A stretch of DNA of 64,000 nucleotides, from the NCBI RefSeq assembly GCF_026626745.1, contig NZ_JAPNJW010000001.1, forward strand, positions 588,311 to 652,310. Reading direction: 5' to 3'. A program made the position numbers and the translations under genes. How positions within the stretch are numbered: position 1 is the first letter of the stretch; each line of letters opens with the position of its first letter. This document shows, one piece after another, positions 1-8,720 of this stretch. Below the pieces are notes generated by a model. It searched no databases, was not told the origin of the DNA, and worked only from the letters and a program-made list of their open reading frames with translations. The DNA comes from Nannocystis sp. RBIL2 (GTDB taxonomy: Bacteria > Myxococcota_A > Polyangia > Nannocystales > Nannocystaceae).

Positions 1-2193
1 GCGATCCTCTACCGCGCCCGCAACGGCTTCGGCCACCGCCACGTCGCCCTCGCGGTGGTCGTCCAGCGAATGGTGGTACCCGAGGCCAGCGGCATCCTCT
101 TCACCGCCGACCCCGTCACCGGCCACCGCGGCACCCTCACCATCGACGCCGGCTACGGCCTCGGCGAGGCCCTCGTCAGCGGCCTCGTCACCGCCGACCT
201 CTACCGCGTCGATCGCCGCACCGGCGCGCTCGAGGAGCTGCGCGTCGGCGACAAGCAGGTCGCCATCCGCCCCGTGCCCGGCGGCGGCACGGTCACCGAA
301 GATGTCCCCGAGGACAGGCGGCACGCCCGCGTCCTCGACGACGCCGCAGTCGCCGCGCTGGCCGACCTCGGCGCCCGCGTCGAGGCCCACTACGGCGGCG
401 TCCCCCAGGACCTCGAGTGGTGCCTGGTGGGCCAACAATTGTGGCTCGTCCAGGCGCGCCCGATCACCTCGCTCTATCCATTGCCCGCGCCCGGCCCCGA
501 CGACGGCAGCGTCCACCTCTACCTCAGCTTCGGCCACGCCCAGAACATGATCGACCCGATCACGCCGATGGGCCGCGACCTGTGGCGCGCGGTGTTCCCG
601 TTCGGCAAGACCCGCCTCGACGAGATCCCGCGCGGCACGACGACGATGGTCGACGCGGGCAGCCGGATCTACCTCGACATCACGCCGGTGCTGCGCCTCG
701 CGCCGACGCGCCAGCTGATGTTCCGGATCTTGCGCGCGGTCTACCCCGACGTGGCAGCGCGCCTGGCGACTCTGGTCGACCGCCCCGAGATCCAGGCCGC
801 CGCCAAGCCCCGCCCCGCGGCTCTGCGCCTGGCCCTCGGGATGATGTGGCGCGTGCCGTTCGACCTCGCCTGGCTGCTGCTCGGCGCTCGCCTCGACACC
901 CAGACCGCCTGGGCCGACCGCATGGTCGCCGAGCGCGTCGCCGACTTCCGCGCCGCCGTCGAATCACAGCCGCCCGGCGTCGCCCGCCTGCGCGCCGCCC
1001 GGCACCAGCTCACCGGCGTCTTCCAGGTCATGCCGAAGATCGCCCCGCGCCTCGTCTCGGGCCTCTTGAGCCTCGGCCGCCTGCGCCGCCGCTTCGCCGA
1101 CACCCCGCACGCCGCCGACGTCGAGGCCCTCCAGCGCGGCCTCGTCGGCAACGTCACCACCGAGATGGACCTGCGCGTCGGCGACCTCGCCGACCTCGCG
1201 CGGCCCTACCCCGAGCTGCGCACCGCCCTCGAGCACGTCCGCCCCGGCGAGCTCCACCGCCTGCGCGCGCTCGCCGGCGGCCCCGCCTTCGTCGACGCCC
1301 TCGCCGCCTTCCTCGAGCGCTTCGGCATGCGCGGCCAGGCCGAGATCGACATCGGCCGCCCGCGCTGGGCCGACGACCCCGGCCTGCTGCTCACCAGCAT
1401 CCGCGGCATGGCGGACCACGGCGACGCCCCCGGCGCGCACCGCAGGCACTTCGCCAACCTGCAGGCCGAGGCCGAGGCCGCCGGCGGGCGCCTCGTCGCC
1501 GCCGCGCCCGCCCTGGCGCGCTGGATCGTCCGCCGCCAGGTCCAGTGCGTGCGCCACTGCCTCGGCGTCCGCGAGCACCCCAAGTTCCTCTTCATCCAGT
1601 GCTTCGAGCTCGTGCGCAGCAACGTCCTCGCCGCCGCCGACGCGCTCGTGCACGCCGGTCGCCTGGCCGCGCGCGGCGACGTGTGGTTCCTGACCTACGA
1701 CGAATTGCTCGAGCTCGCCGCCGACCCTTACGCCTTCGATCCGCGCCCGCGAATCACCGCTCGCCGCGCCGACTATGATCATTCGCGCCACCTGAGCCCC
1801 CCGCTGGTCGTCACCAGCGAGGGCGAGGTCCCCGCGCGACCTGTCCCGAAGGACCTGCCCGAAGGTGCCATCGCCGGCCTCGGCGCCAGCGCCGGCGTCG
1901 TCGAGGGCATCGCCCACGTCGTCCTCGATCCCGCGGCCCAGGTCCTGCGCGCCGGCGAGATCCTCGTCGCTCCCTACACCGATCCCGGCTGGACCCCGCT
2001 GTTCGTCCACGCCGCCGGCCTCGTGTGCGACGTCGGCGGCATGATGACCCACGGCTCCGTCATCGCCCGCGAGTACGGCATCCCCGCGGTCGTCGGCGTC
2101 GGCGACGGCACCAAGCGGCTCAAGTCGGGCCAGCGCCTGCGCGTCGACGGCAGCCGCGGCATCGTCGAGGTCCTCGCGGAGGCCGCCCCGTGA
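1..2193 (+). CDS. PEP-utilizing enzyme family protein (PEP synthase / rifampicin-phosphotransferase-like), 5'-partial
   Basis: The ORF is open to the window start. It begins with an ATP-grasp-like PEP/pyruvate-binding region (VAVVVQRMV, DLEWCLVGQQLWLVQARPIT). It ends with the PEP-utilising mobile His domain (GGMMTHGSVIAREYGIPAVVGVGDGT). This architecture is typical of rifampin phosphotransferase / PpsA-like proteins. Confidence 0.75.
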   Translation, partial: AILYRARNGFGHRHVALAVVVQRMVVPEASGILFTADPVTGHRGTLTIDAGYGLGEALVSGLVTADLYRVDRRTGALEELRVGDKQVAIRPVPGGGTVTEDVPEDRRHARVLDDAAVAALADLGARVEAHYGGVPQDLEWCLVGQQLWLVQARPITSLYPLPAPGPDDGSVHLYLSFGHAQNMIDPITPMGRDLWRAVFPFGKTRLDEIPRGTTTMVDAGSRIYLDITPVLRLAPTRQLMFRILRAVYPDVAARLATLVDRPEIQAAAKPRPAALRLALGMMWRVPFDLAWLLLGARLDTQTAWADRMVAERVADFRAAVESQPPGVARLRAARHQLTGVFQVMPKIAPRLVSGLLSLGRLRRRFADTPHAADVEALQRGLVGNVTTEMDLRVGDLADLARPYPELRTALEHVRPGELHRLRALAGGPAFVDALAAFLERFGMRGQAEIDIGRPRWADDPGLLLTSIRGMADHGDAPGAHRRHFANLQAEAEAAGGRLVAAAPALARWIVRRQVQCVRHCLGVREHPKFLFIQCFELVRSNVLAAADALVHAGRLAARGDVWFLTYDELLELAADPYAFDPRPRITARRADYDHSRHLSPPLVVTSEGEVPARPVPKDLPEGAIAGLGASAGVVEGIAHVVLDPAAQVLRAGEILVAPYTDPGWTPLFVHAAGLVCDVGGMMTHGSVIAREYGIPAVVGVGDGTKRLKSGQRLRVDGSRGIVEVLAEAAP

Positions 2194-2681
2194 AGCTCGC
2201 CCTCCTCCTGCTCGCCGCCGCCCTCGTCGTCCTCGGCGCCCTCGCGGCCGTCCAGGGTGTGTTCGTCGACGGCCTCCAGCGGTCCGGCCGGACCTTCCTG
2301 GCGATGATGCCGATCCTCGTCGTCGCCTTCCTGCTCGCCGGCATGGCCGAGGCCCTCCTCCCGACCGGCTTCGTCGAGCGCTGGCTGAGCGACGGCGCCG
2401 GCGTCCGCGGCCACCTCCTCGCGTGGGTGGCCGGCGCCCTCACCCCCGGCGGCGGCCTCCTCGGCATGCCCCTCGCGGCCGGCCTCCTCAAGGCCGGCGC
2501 CGGCATCGGCGTCCTCGTCACCTACCTCACCAGCATGGCCCTCCTCCCGCTCCTGCGCCTGCCCATGGAGCTCGGCATCTACGGCGGCCGCCTGGCCCTC
2601 CTGCGAATCGCCGCCTCCTGCCTCCTCCCCTTCGCCGCCGGCGCCACCGCCCACGTCATCGTCCGCCTGACGCGATTGTGA
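2190..2681 (+). CDS. small integral membrane permease-family protein
   Basis: The GTG start overlaps the stop of the upstream gene. The 163-aa product is highly hydrophobic with multiple predicted TM helices. Confidence 0.55.
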   Translation: MKLALLLLAAALVVLGALAAVQGVFVDGLQRSGRTFLAMMPILVVAFLLAGMAEALLPTGFVERWLSDGAGVRGHLLAWVAGALTPGGGLLGMPLAAGLLKAGAGIGVLVTYLTSMALLPLLRLPMELGIYGGRLALLRIAASCLLPFAAGATAHVIVRLTRL

Positions 2682-2720
2682 ATGTCTCATAGAACATGTC
2701 CAAGGAAACATGGACGATAG
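2682..2720. repeat. palindromic intergenic repeat cluster (ACATGTCC / ACATGGAC modules)
   Basis: Lies immediately after the permease stop. Sequence is aaTGTCTCAtagAACATGTCCaaggaaACATGGAC. It is a member of the dispersed GGACATGTCC family. Confidence 0.6.
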
Positions 2721-2912
2721 GACAGCACCCCACTCGGACCTGAGCACCCGCTCCGCCGGGCACGTGGCCTCCGGTGCGAGGACCACCACCGAGCGGCCTC
2801 TGGAGGAGTGAGCTCGGCGAGTCCCGCAGGGTGGCTCACGCGGACCGCCGCGACCGTCCGCATTTCCGATCGACGTCTGTCAGGCTTCCGCCGCGCCGGG
2901 CAACTCCCGGAC

Positions 2913-4403
2913 ATGCCCCTTCGCACGCCTTCGCTTCGCACCCTGCTCGGTTTCGCCTTCACCCCCGCGCTCCTGCTCGCGAGCGGCGCGGCCTGTGACG
3001 TCGAGCCCGAGGCCGACATCGACGAGCTCGCGGCAGACGACGAGATCGCGCCCCGCTCGCTGACCCTCGAGCCCAACGATCCGCTCTACCATTCGGGACA
3101 GAAGTGGCACTACGGCGCCATCTCCTTGCCCGAGGCCTGGTGGCTGACCACCGGCTCGCCCGCGGTCACCATCGCCATCGCCGACAGCGGCACGCTCCCT
3201 CACTCGGAGCTCACCTGGTCGAGCGGCTACGACTTCTTCGTCGGCGACCCCGACCCGACCGATCCGGGGGACTTTCACCACGGCATCCACGTGGCAGGCA
3301 CCCTCGCCGCGGCCGCGAACAACGGCGTCGGCGGCGCGGGCATCTGCTGGGGTTGCAAGCTCCGTCCGATCCGCGTCAAGCAATCCGGCGGCGGCGCCCA
3401 GGTCGGCGACCCCGGGATGAACGAGCCGACCACCACGCTGCTCGCCCGCGCGATCCGCTACGCGGCCGGCCTGCCGACCGACAACGGCCGAGGCGAGACG
3501 GTGCAGGCCAGCTCGCGCGCCGATGTCATCAACATCAGCATCGGCAACCTGGCGCAGCCGTGCCCGGCCGACCTCAAGGACGCCATCGACAAGGCCTCGG
3601 AGGCCGGCACCGTGGTGGTGGTCGCGGCGGGGAACGGCGACTCCGGGACCACCTGGCCGCCGAGCCCCGACTTCAACGCCTCCAATTATCTGTGGCCGAG
3701 GTGCCAGAACCCCGACCTGATCGTGGTCACCGCGGTCGACGCATTCGGCAACGCCGAGCCTTACGCCCTGCAGTCCAACCCCCTCGCCAAGTACCCCGGC
3801 ATCACGATCGCCGCCCCGGGCGGCTCGGCGGTGAACGGCCAGGCCGGCAACGGCGCCCTCCTCGGCTGCCCCTCCGATCCGACCCAAACCGGCACCCACG
3901 GCGTCGTGTCGACGTGGATCCCCTACGCGCAGACCGGCCCGCAGTGCCACCGCCACTGGGCCGGCACGTCGATGGCGGCGCCGCACGTGAGCGGCGTGGT
4001 CGGCCTGATGCGCGCCCGCAACCCCGCGCTGACGGCGTCGCAGATCAAGCAGATCCTCGTGAAGACTGCCAAGCCCATCCCGTGCACGAACTGCGGCGCC
4101 GGTATGGTCAATGCCTTCGGCGCCGTCCAGGCCTCGACCTTCACCCTGTCGATCACGTGTGAGTCGACCGGCGGCGGCGGCTATGCATGCACCTCGTCGC
4201 CGACCGGGCTCGGGCCGTGGACCGCCACCTGGCAGGGCGTCCTGAACGCCGCGGTCAACCCGGCCTACGCCAACAACCCCACGACCACCCACGGCACCTG
4301 CACCGTGAACACACAGGCGCGGGTGCGCGCGACCCTCACCGACGCGCTCGGCCGCACCGCGATCGCCGAGGACTCCTTCCTCTGCAGCCAGCTCCCGCCG
4401 TGA
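2913..4403 (+). CDS. S8 family subtilisin-like serine protease, lipoprotein
   Basis: A signal peptide plus lipobox (LLASGAAC) is present. The catalytic triad is seen in D (AIADSG), H (HGIHVAGT) and S (GTSMAAPHVSG). Confidence 0.85.
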   Translation: MPLRTPSLRTLLGFAFTPALLLASGAACDVEPEADIDELAADDEIAPRSLTLEPNDPLYHSGQKWHYGAISLPEAWWLTTGSPAVTIAIADSGTLPHSELTWSSGYDFFVGDPDPTDPGDFHHGIHVAGTLAAAANNGVGGAGICWGCKLRPIRVKQSGGGAQVGDPGMNEPTTTLLARAIRYAAGLPTDNGRGETVQASSRADVINISIGNLAQPCPADLKDAIDKASEAGTVVVVAAGNGDSGTTWPPSPDFNASNYLWPRCQNPDLIVVTAVDAFGNAEPYALQSNPLAKYPGITIAAPGGSAVNGQAGNGALLGCPSDPTQTGTHGVVSTWIPYAQTGPQCHRHWAGTSMAAPHVSGVVGLMRARNPALTASQIKQILVKTAKPIPCTNCGAGMVNAFGAVQASTFTLSITCESTGGGGYACTSSPTGLGPWTATWQGVLNAAVNPAYANNPTTTHGTCTVNTQARVRATLTDALGRTAIAEDSFLCSQLPP

Positions 4404-4404
4404 T

Positions 4405-4455
4405 GAGTCTCTAAGGACATGTCTATTTCAACATGTCCTCATGGACATACCTCTA
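4405..4455. repeat. palindromic intergenic repeat cluster (GGACATGTC modules)
   Basis: Sequence is TCTCTAAGGACATGTCtatttcaACATGTCCtcATGGACAT. It sits directly after the protease stop and abuts the left end of the IS630 element. Confidence 0.65.
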
Positions 4456-4569
4456 GTACAGCCTGCCCAAAGTTTTCCAGGGGTTCATGCGAGCTGCTCC
4501 CGTCCTGGATCCACCGCCAGCACGGTCTGGGCGTCGGAATAAGCGAGGCGCGAAAACGATCTCGTCGGT

Positions 4570-5676
4570 GTGCCAGCCCCGCGAGCGCAACGGCTTCGGG
4601 TGGCGCCTTCGGTCCGGGAGGAGCTGAAGGCGCTGGCTCGGAGTGGGCGCAGCGAGGCGCGCCTCGTGCTTCGGGCGAGGCTCGTGCTCCTCGCCGCCGA
4701 GGGTCACTCGAACCAGGAGATTGCGCGGAGATTGGGCTGCCACGTGGATACGGTGAGGGTGTGGCGTGGGCGCTTCGCGCGTGATGGGCGGCTCGTGACG
4801 CTCGAGGATCGTCCCCGAAGTGGGCGACCTCCTCGGGTATCGCCGGCGACGCGCTGCAAGCTCATCAAGCTCGCCTGTGACAAGCCTGCCAGGCATGGTC
4901 AACAGACTCGTTCGACATGGACATACGCGACGTTGGCGAGGCGCCTGCTTCAGGAGACAGGTATCGGGCTCAGCGTGTCCGAGGTGGGGCGAATCCTGCG
5001 CAACGAGGACTTTCGGCCGCACAAGATGAGGCTCTGGCTGCACAGCCCCGATCCCGATTTCTGCCGCAAAGTTCAGCGCATCTGCGACCTCTACCATCAT
5101 CCCCCAGACGGAGCTCACGTGCTCTGCGTCGACGAGAAGACCGGCATGCAGGCGCTCGGACGGAGATTTCCCAGCAAGCTCCCCGCGCCCGGTCGCGCGG
5201 GCCGTTTCGAGTTCGAGTACGTCCGCCGCGGTACCTGGTCGCTGTTCGCGGCCTTCGACATCCGCACCGGCGAGGTCCTCGGCGAGTGCAAGCCGCAACG
5301 ACGAGCCGAGGACCTCATGGACTTCATGGAGGGCCTTGCCCGCAAGTATCCTACCGGCCAGATCTACGTCGTCTGGGACAACCTCAACATCCACTACGAC
5401 GGTGCGGACTACCGTTGGACCCGCTTCAACCGGCGCCACGGCGACCGCTTTCACTTCGTGTACACGCCCATCCATGCCTCGTGGGTCAACCAGATCGAGA
5501 TCTGGTTCTCGCTACTGCAGCGCCGCGTCCTCCGCTACGCCGACTTTCCCTGCGCCGGAGCCATGCCCCGCGCCGTGATGAACTTCATCCGGCGCTGGAA
5601 CCGCGACGAAGCGCACCCGTTCAACTGGACCTTCCGCGGCCACTTCGTCCACACTCAGCGGCGGCACGCCGCATGA
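4570..5676 (+). CDS. IS630 family transposase (HTH + DDE_3 domain)
   Basis: N-terminal HTH (HSNQEIARRLGCHVDTVRVWR). DDE region motifs: DEKTGMQAL ... VVWDNLNIH ... WVNQIEIWF. Confidence 0.9.
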   Translation: MPAPRAQRLRVAPSVREELKALARSGRSEARLVLRARLVLLAAEGHSNQEIARRLGCHVDTVRVWRGRFARDGRLVTLEDRPRSGRPPRVSPATRCKLIKLACDKPARHGQQTRSTWTYATLARRLLQETGIGLSVSEVGRILRNEDFRPHKMRLWLHSPDPDFCRKVQRICDLYHHPPDGAHVLCVDEKTGMQALGRRFPSKLPAPGRAGRFEFEYVRRGTWSLFAAFDIRTGEVLGECKPQRRAEDLMDFMEGLARKYPTGQIYVVWDNLNIHYDGADYRWTRFNRRHGDRFHFVYTPIHASWVNQIEIWFSLLQRRVLRYADFPCAGAMPRAVMNFIRRWNRDEAHPFNWTFRGHFVHTQRRHAA

Positions 5677-5993
5677 GCCGTCCACGCACCACCCGCAACG
5701 CCGCTGCGAAGTCGGACGACGACGCTCGCGCTGTCGAGCAGTTCCTGCGCCAACACCAGGATCTCGCACACCTCCGCGTCCGCCATCGCGCCCCGCTCAT
5801 CACCCTCGAGTCCGGCCCCGCTGACGATCCGGTCCTCCACGCGCGCCTGCGCCGCCTCGCCGCCAACTTGTGGCAGCTGGAGATGGCCACCCACACCGGG
5901 CGCTGGGAACCAACCCCCTTCCGCGCCTCCCGCGAGGAGCTCCTCGAACTGCTCCTCGGAAACTTCGGCTGGACCCTCGCCGAGAGGGCCTAG
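5673..5993 (+). CDS. hypothetical protein encoded inside the IS630 element
   Basis: Its ATG overlaps the transposase stop in an ATGA arrangement. The 106-aa product shows non-random composition. It lies between the transposase and the right IR. Confidence 0.4.
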   Translation: MSRPRTTRNAAAKSDDDARAVEQFLRQHQDLAHLRVRHRAPLITLESGPADDPVLHARLRRLAANLWQLEMATHTGRWEPTPFRASREELLELLLGNFGWTLAERA

Positions 5994-6029
5994 CAACTCC
6001 TGGAGAACTTTGGGCCGGCTGTACGCCCG

Positions 6030-6395
6030 TCATGACGGCTGCCGGGGTCCCAGCTTCGCCGCGCACTCAGGCTCCCTGACGTCACAACAGGTACACGTAG
6101 CCTCCCCGTTCCACTCGCCGCACGTCCCCTCCCACAGCGGCGTCTCGTCGATCGACGTCCTGTCGCGGTTCCAGGACCGACAGTGCTCCTGGCAGTCGAT
6201 CGTCGTATACTTGCCGCTCCGGCACGTGTTCAACGTGTGGCCCTTGCAAAGGCTCAGCCAGCACGACGACTCGACAGTCGTGCGCGACTCGGGCGTCGAA
6301 GCGACGGGAGCCGCGGGCTTCGGCGCCTCCACGGCGGCCTGGCGCGTACAACCGACCGCGAGCGCCATCACCTGTGCGATTTTCCCGATTCGCAT
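6030..6395 (-). CDS. small cysteine-rich lipoprotein
   Basis: Signal peptide plus lipobox (LAVGC). Eleven Cys residues in 121 aa. Confidence 0.45.
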   Translation of the reverse strand: MRIGKIAQVMALAVGCTRQAAVEAPKPAAPVASTPESRTTVESSCWLSLCKGHTLNTCRSGKYTTIDCQEHCRSWNRDRTSIDETPLWEGTCGEWNGEATCTCCDVREPECAAKLGPRQPS

Positions 6396-6511
6396 CGTCG
6401 AACACTACCACGCCCGACCCCTCGGCATTCCGGACCGCGAGCGTTCACAAGCCGTAGCGCGGGACCCCGGGAGGACTTCGGACCGGCAGTACTAGCCTGC
6501 GCCGACGGGAT

Positions 6512-6550
6512 CGGCGGCAGCTGTCTTCAAGGACAGCTTCCGCCGCTCCC
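6512..6550. repeat. CTGTCTTC..GGACAG palindromic repeat, copy 1
   Basis: Sequence is CGACGGGATCGGCGGCAGCTGTCTTCAAGGACAGCTTCCGCC. It is a direct repeat of the copy at 7410-7460 and flanks gene 6601-7233. Confidence 0.6.
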
Positions 6551-6600
6551 CGCGACCTGGCGCTCGCCTCCGCGGTCCGCCCGCACGAGCGGGGCGATTC

Positions 6601-7233
6601 TCACAGCTTGCTCCACTCCTCGGCGGGCGTCGGCGCGGGGGCCGTGGGCCAGTAGTAACGGTCGGGGCGCGCGGTCATGTCGAGGCGGAGCACGCCGGTC
6701 ACGGTGGCCCTGACGCCGCGGCGGGTGTTGTCGAGCGGGCGCGTGAGCTCGGAGCCGTCGGTCTTCACGTCGACGACCCGGCCGCCCTCGAAGGTCACGC
6801 GCATGGCAGTGTCGTACTCGTCGTTGCACTTCTCGGTGCCGGCGATCTGGTCGGGAAAGACCCGGCCGTCAGCGAGCGTGAGGTCGAACAGGAACCAGTT
6901 GTACTTGTTGGAGGCGCCGTAGCGGCAGTGCGTCACGACCTCGCGCACCTCGCCGAACCACAGACGGGCGTTGGCGGCGGCCTGGGGGATGATCCCGGGC
7001 CACCAGCTCGAGTCGAGCTCGCCCGTCTCGTTGCCGTGGCCCTTCTCGAGCCCGTCGATCCGCTCGTTGAACAGCGCCACGATCTTGGGGTTGGACGTAT
7101 CGCCGGGCATCTTCGGCGGATAAAACTGCGCCGGCAACTTCATGCTGCCAGTCATCACCAGCACCGCGCCACCGATCGCTATCACCGCGAGGCTGGCGAC
7201 GATGCCCACGACGATCTGCGTACCCTGCTTCAT
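6601..7233 (-). CDS. membrane-anchored hypothetical protein
   Basis: A GGAGG RBS lies 7 bp upstream of the ATG. N-terminal TM helix (IVVGIVASLAVIAIGGAVLV). The 210-aa product is otherwise non-repetitive. Confidence 0.7.
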   Translation of the reverse strand: MKQGTQIVVGIVASLAVIAIGGAVLVMTGSMKLPAQFYPPKMPGDTSNPKIVALFNERIDGLEKGHGNETGELDSSWWPGIIPQAAANARLWFGEVREVVTHCRYGASNKYNWFLFDLTLADGRVFPDQIAGTEKCNDEYDTAMRVTFEGGRVVDVKTDGSELTRPLDNTRRGVRATVTGVLRLDMTARPDRYYWPTAPAPTPAEEWSKL

Positions 7234-7354
7234 GAATCCTCCCCCCGTCCGGAGGCGGGAGAATAGTCAGCCGGGCGAAGCGGCGCCAGCGGCCCGGACG
7301 GGGCTATTTCGCCCGCCTGCGCGGCCTGCGGAGCTCTTTGGCGGCGCTCCCTCG

Positions 7355-7526
7355 CGCGACCATGTCCCAAAAGACATGTCCACATCGTCCTACCACGGGA
7401 CCGCGCCGGCTCGACGGGCCTCGGCGGAATCTGTCTTCCGGGACAGATACCGCCAATCGCCGCAACGGCCGCCTTTGGCGTGAGCGGTCTCTCGGCTCGG
7501 GATCGACATGACATGTCCATTGGGAC
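7355..7526. repeat. composite palindromic repeat cluster
   Basis: GACCATGTCCcaaaaGACATGTCC at 7355-7388. Perfect-arm palindrome ATCTGTCTTCCGGGACAGAT at 7429-7448. GACATGACATGTCCATTGGGAC at 7505-7526. Confidence 0.6.
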
Positions 7527-7541
7527 GGTCGATGGGCGCGC

Positions 7542-8348
7542 TCACGCCTCGCGCACGGTCCAGATCGCCAGCAGCGCCAGCGCGGCCGCCGGGACGGCGT
7601 GCGTCAGCGCCATGCGCGCCGCGGCGCGGACCCACGCGAGCTCCCCGGCCGCGCGGACGTCGAGCGTCTGCACCGCAGCCGCGACGGCGACGAGAACCGC
7701 CAGCACCAGCACGCCGACGAAACCGCATCGGAACCGCGGGCGGCCCGAGGTCGCGGTGAGCACGGCGATCGCCGGCGCGAACCACACCGCCGCCAGGTAC
7801 GACGCCCGGCTCAGCGTGCTGCCGCTGCCGAGCAGCCACGCGAGGCCGAAGGCCAGCGCAGTCACGGCCGCGCCCGCGACCGCGAGCGCCCGCCCGCGGC
7901 TCACCAGCGACGCGCACCACAGCAGCGTCGCGGTCACGCCGAGCGCGAGCGCGGTCGGGCGGCCGAGGACCGGCGTGAGCGCCGGCGTGAGCACATCGCT
8001 ATGCTCGACGGTGAGCCGCGTCGCGGGCTCCGTCACCAGAGTGCGCGCGACCGCGTCGACAGTGGGCTCGTCGGACAGCCCCGCGAAGTTCACCTGGCAG
8101 CGCTCCCCCGCTGCCTCCAGCGCGTACACGAGGTCCGGGTGGCGCGCCTGCAACACCGCGTCGACCTCTCGCGGATCGCAGCGGCCGTCCTCGGCCAGCG
8201 TCGCGAGTGACAGCATCGCCCCGCCCTCGAAGTCGAGCCCGATCGCATCGCCTCCGCGGGCGACGCTCACCAGCGCCGCGACGCTCACGCTCAGCCACGC
8301 GGCAGCGGCGAATGGATGCACCCGTCGACGTCTCGGCGAAGCGATCAC
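7542..8348 (-). CDS. polytopic membrane protein (hypothetical)
   Basis: The 268-aa ORF has 5 or more hydrophobic helices and sits between repeat clusters. Confidence 0.5.
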   Translation of the reverse strand: MIASPRRRRVHPFAAAAWLSVSVAALVSVARGGDAIGLDFEGGAMLSLATLAEDGRCDPREVDAVLQARHPDLVYALEAAGERCQVNFAGLSDEPTVDAVARTLVTEPATRLTVEHSDVLTPALTPVLGRPTALALGVTATLLWCASLVSRGRALAVAGAAVTALAFGLAWLLGSGSTLSRASYLAAVWFAPAIAVLTATSGRPRFRCGFVGVLVLAVLVAVAAAVQTLDVRAAGELAWVRAAARMALTHAVPAAALALLAIWTVREA

Positions 8349-8720
8349 GGCCCTCTGCTCACACTCGGCTCGCCATGAGCCATGGTCGCTTGACCATACG
8401 CCCTATCGACGGCGCTCACCATCGTGTCGCCATGTCCCGAGCGACAGCATGATGCCGAATGCATGCATGTGCGTCTCCGGCGAGGCCGGGGAGCGAAGAT
8501 GACCCGCCGGGCGAGCTGTGACGGCGGGACCGGACGATCTTGCTGCGACCCGGTGCAAGGCGATCGGCGCGAGAGAATCCGCGTCCAGCCGCGCCCTCGC
8601 CGAGCGCACAATCGGCGGCGGACATGGTAGCCAGGGCCTCGCCATGCACGACGACGCCCGGACGCGTACGCCCGTGAGATCGGGCGATCGGGGCATGGAT
8701 GCAGTCGCAGTGGGAGCGGA

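Larger units (their letters stand above)
4458..6025 (+). mobile_element. IS630-family insertion sequence (complete)
   Basis: The left IR TACAGCCTGCCCAAAGTTTTCCAGG (4458-4482) pairs with the right IR at 6000-6025. The right IR reverse complement is TACAGCCGGCCCAAAGTTCTCCAGG, a 22/25 match. Both ends carry a TA dinucleotide, the IS630 target duplication. Internally there is an HTH plus DDE transposase and a small overlapping downstream ORF. Confidence 0.85.

Noticed and set aside
964-2052. Long antisense ORFs opposite real genes. Examples are 964-2052(-), 9031-10821(-), 12957-14411(-), 16929-19499(-), 20377-23055(-), 25731-29348(-), 26306-30454(+) and 35006-36820(-).
   Set aside because: They are Arg/Gly/Ala/Pro-rich low-complexity translations typical of out-of-frame reading of 70% GC DNA. 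Each overlaps a well-supported gene with recognisable domains on the other strand or frame.
4419-4784. Short ORFs beginning MSL/MSI/MPM. Examples are 4419-4784, 33249-33533, 36777-37160, 36791-37630, 49215-49664, 49229-49972, 54381-54734 and 60623-61318.
   Set aside because: Their ATG-TCC starts are created by the ACATGTCC palindromic repeat modules. The downstream translation is low-complexity.
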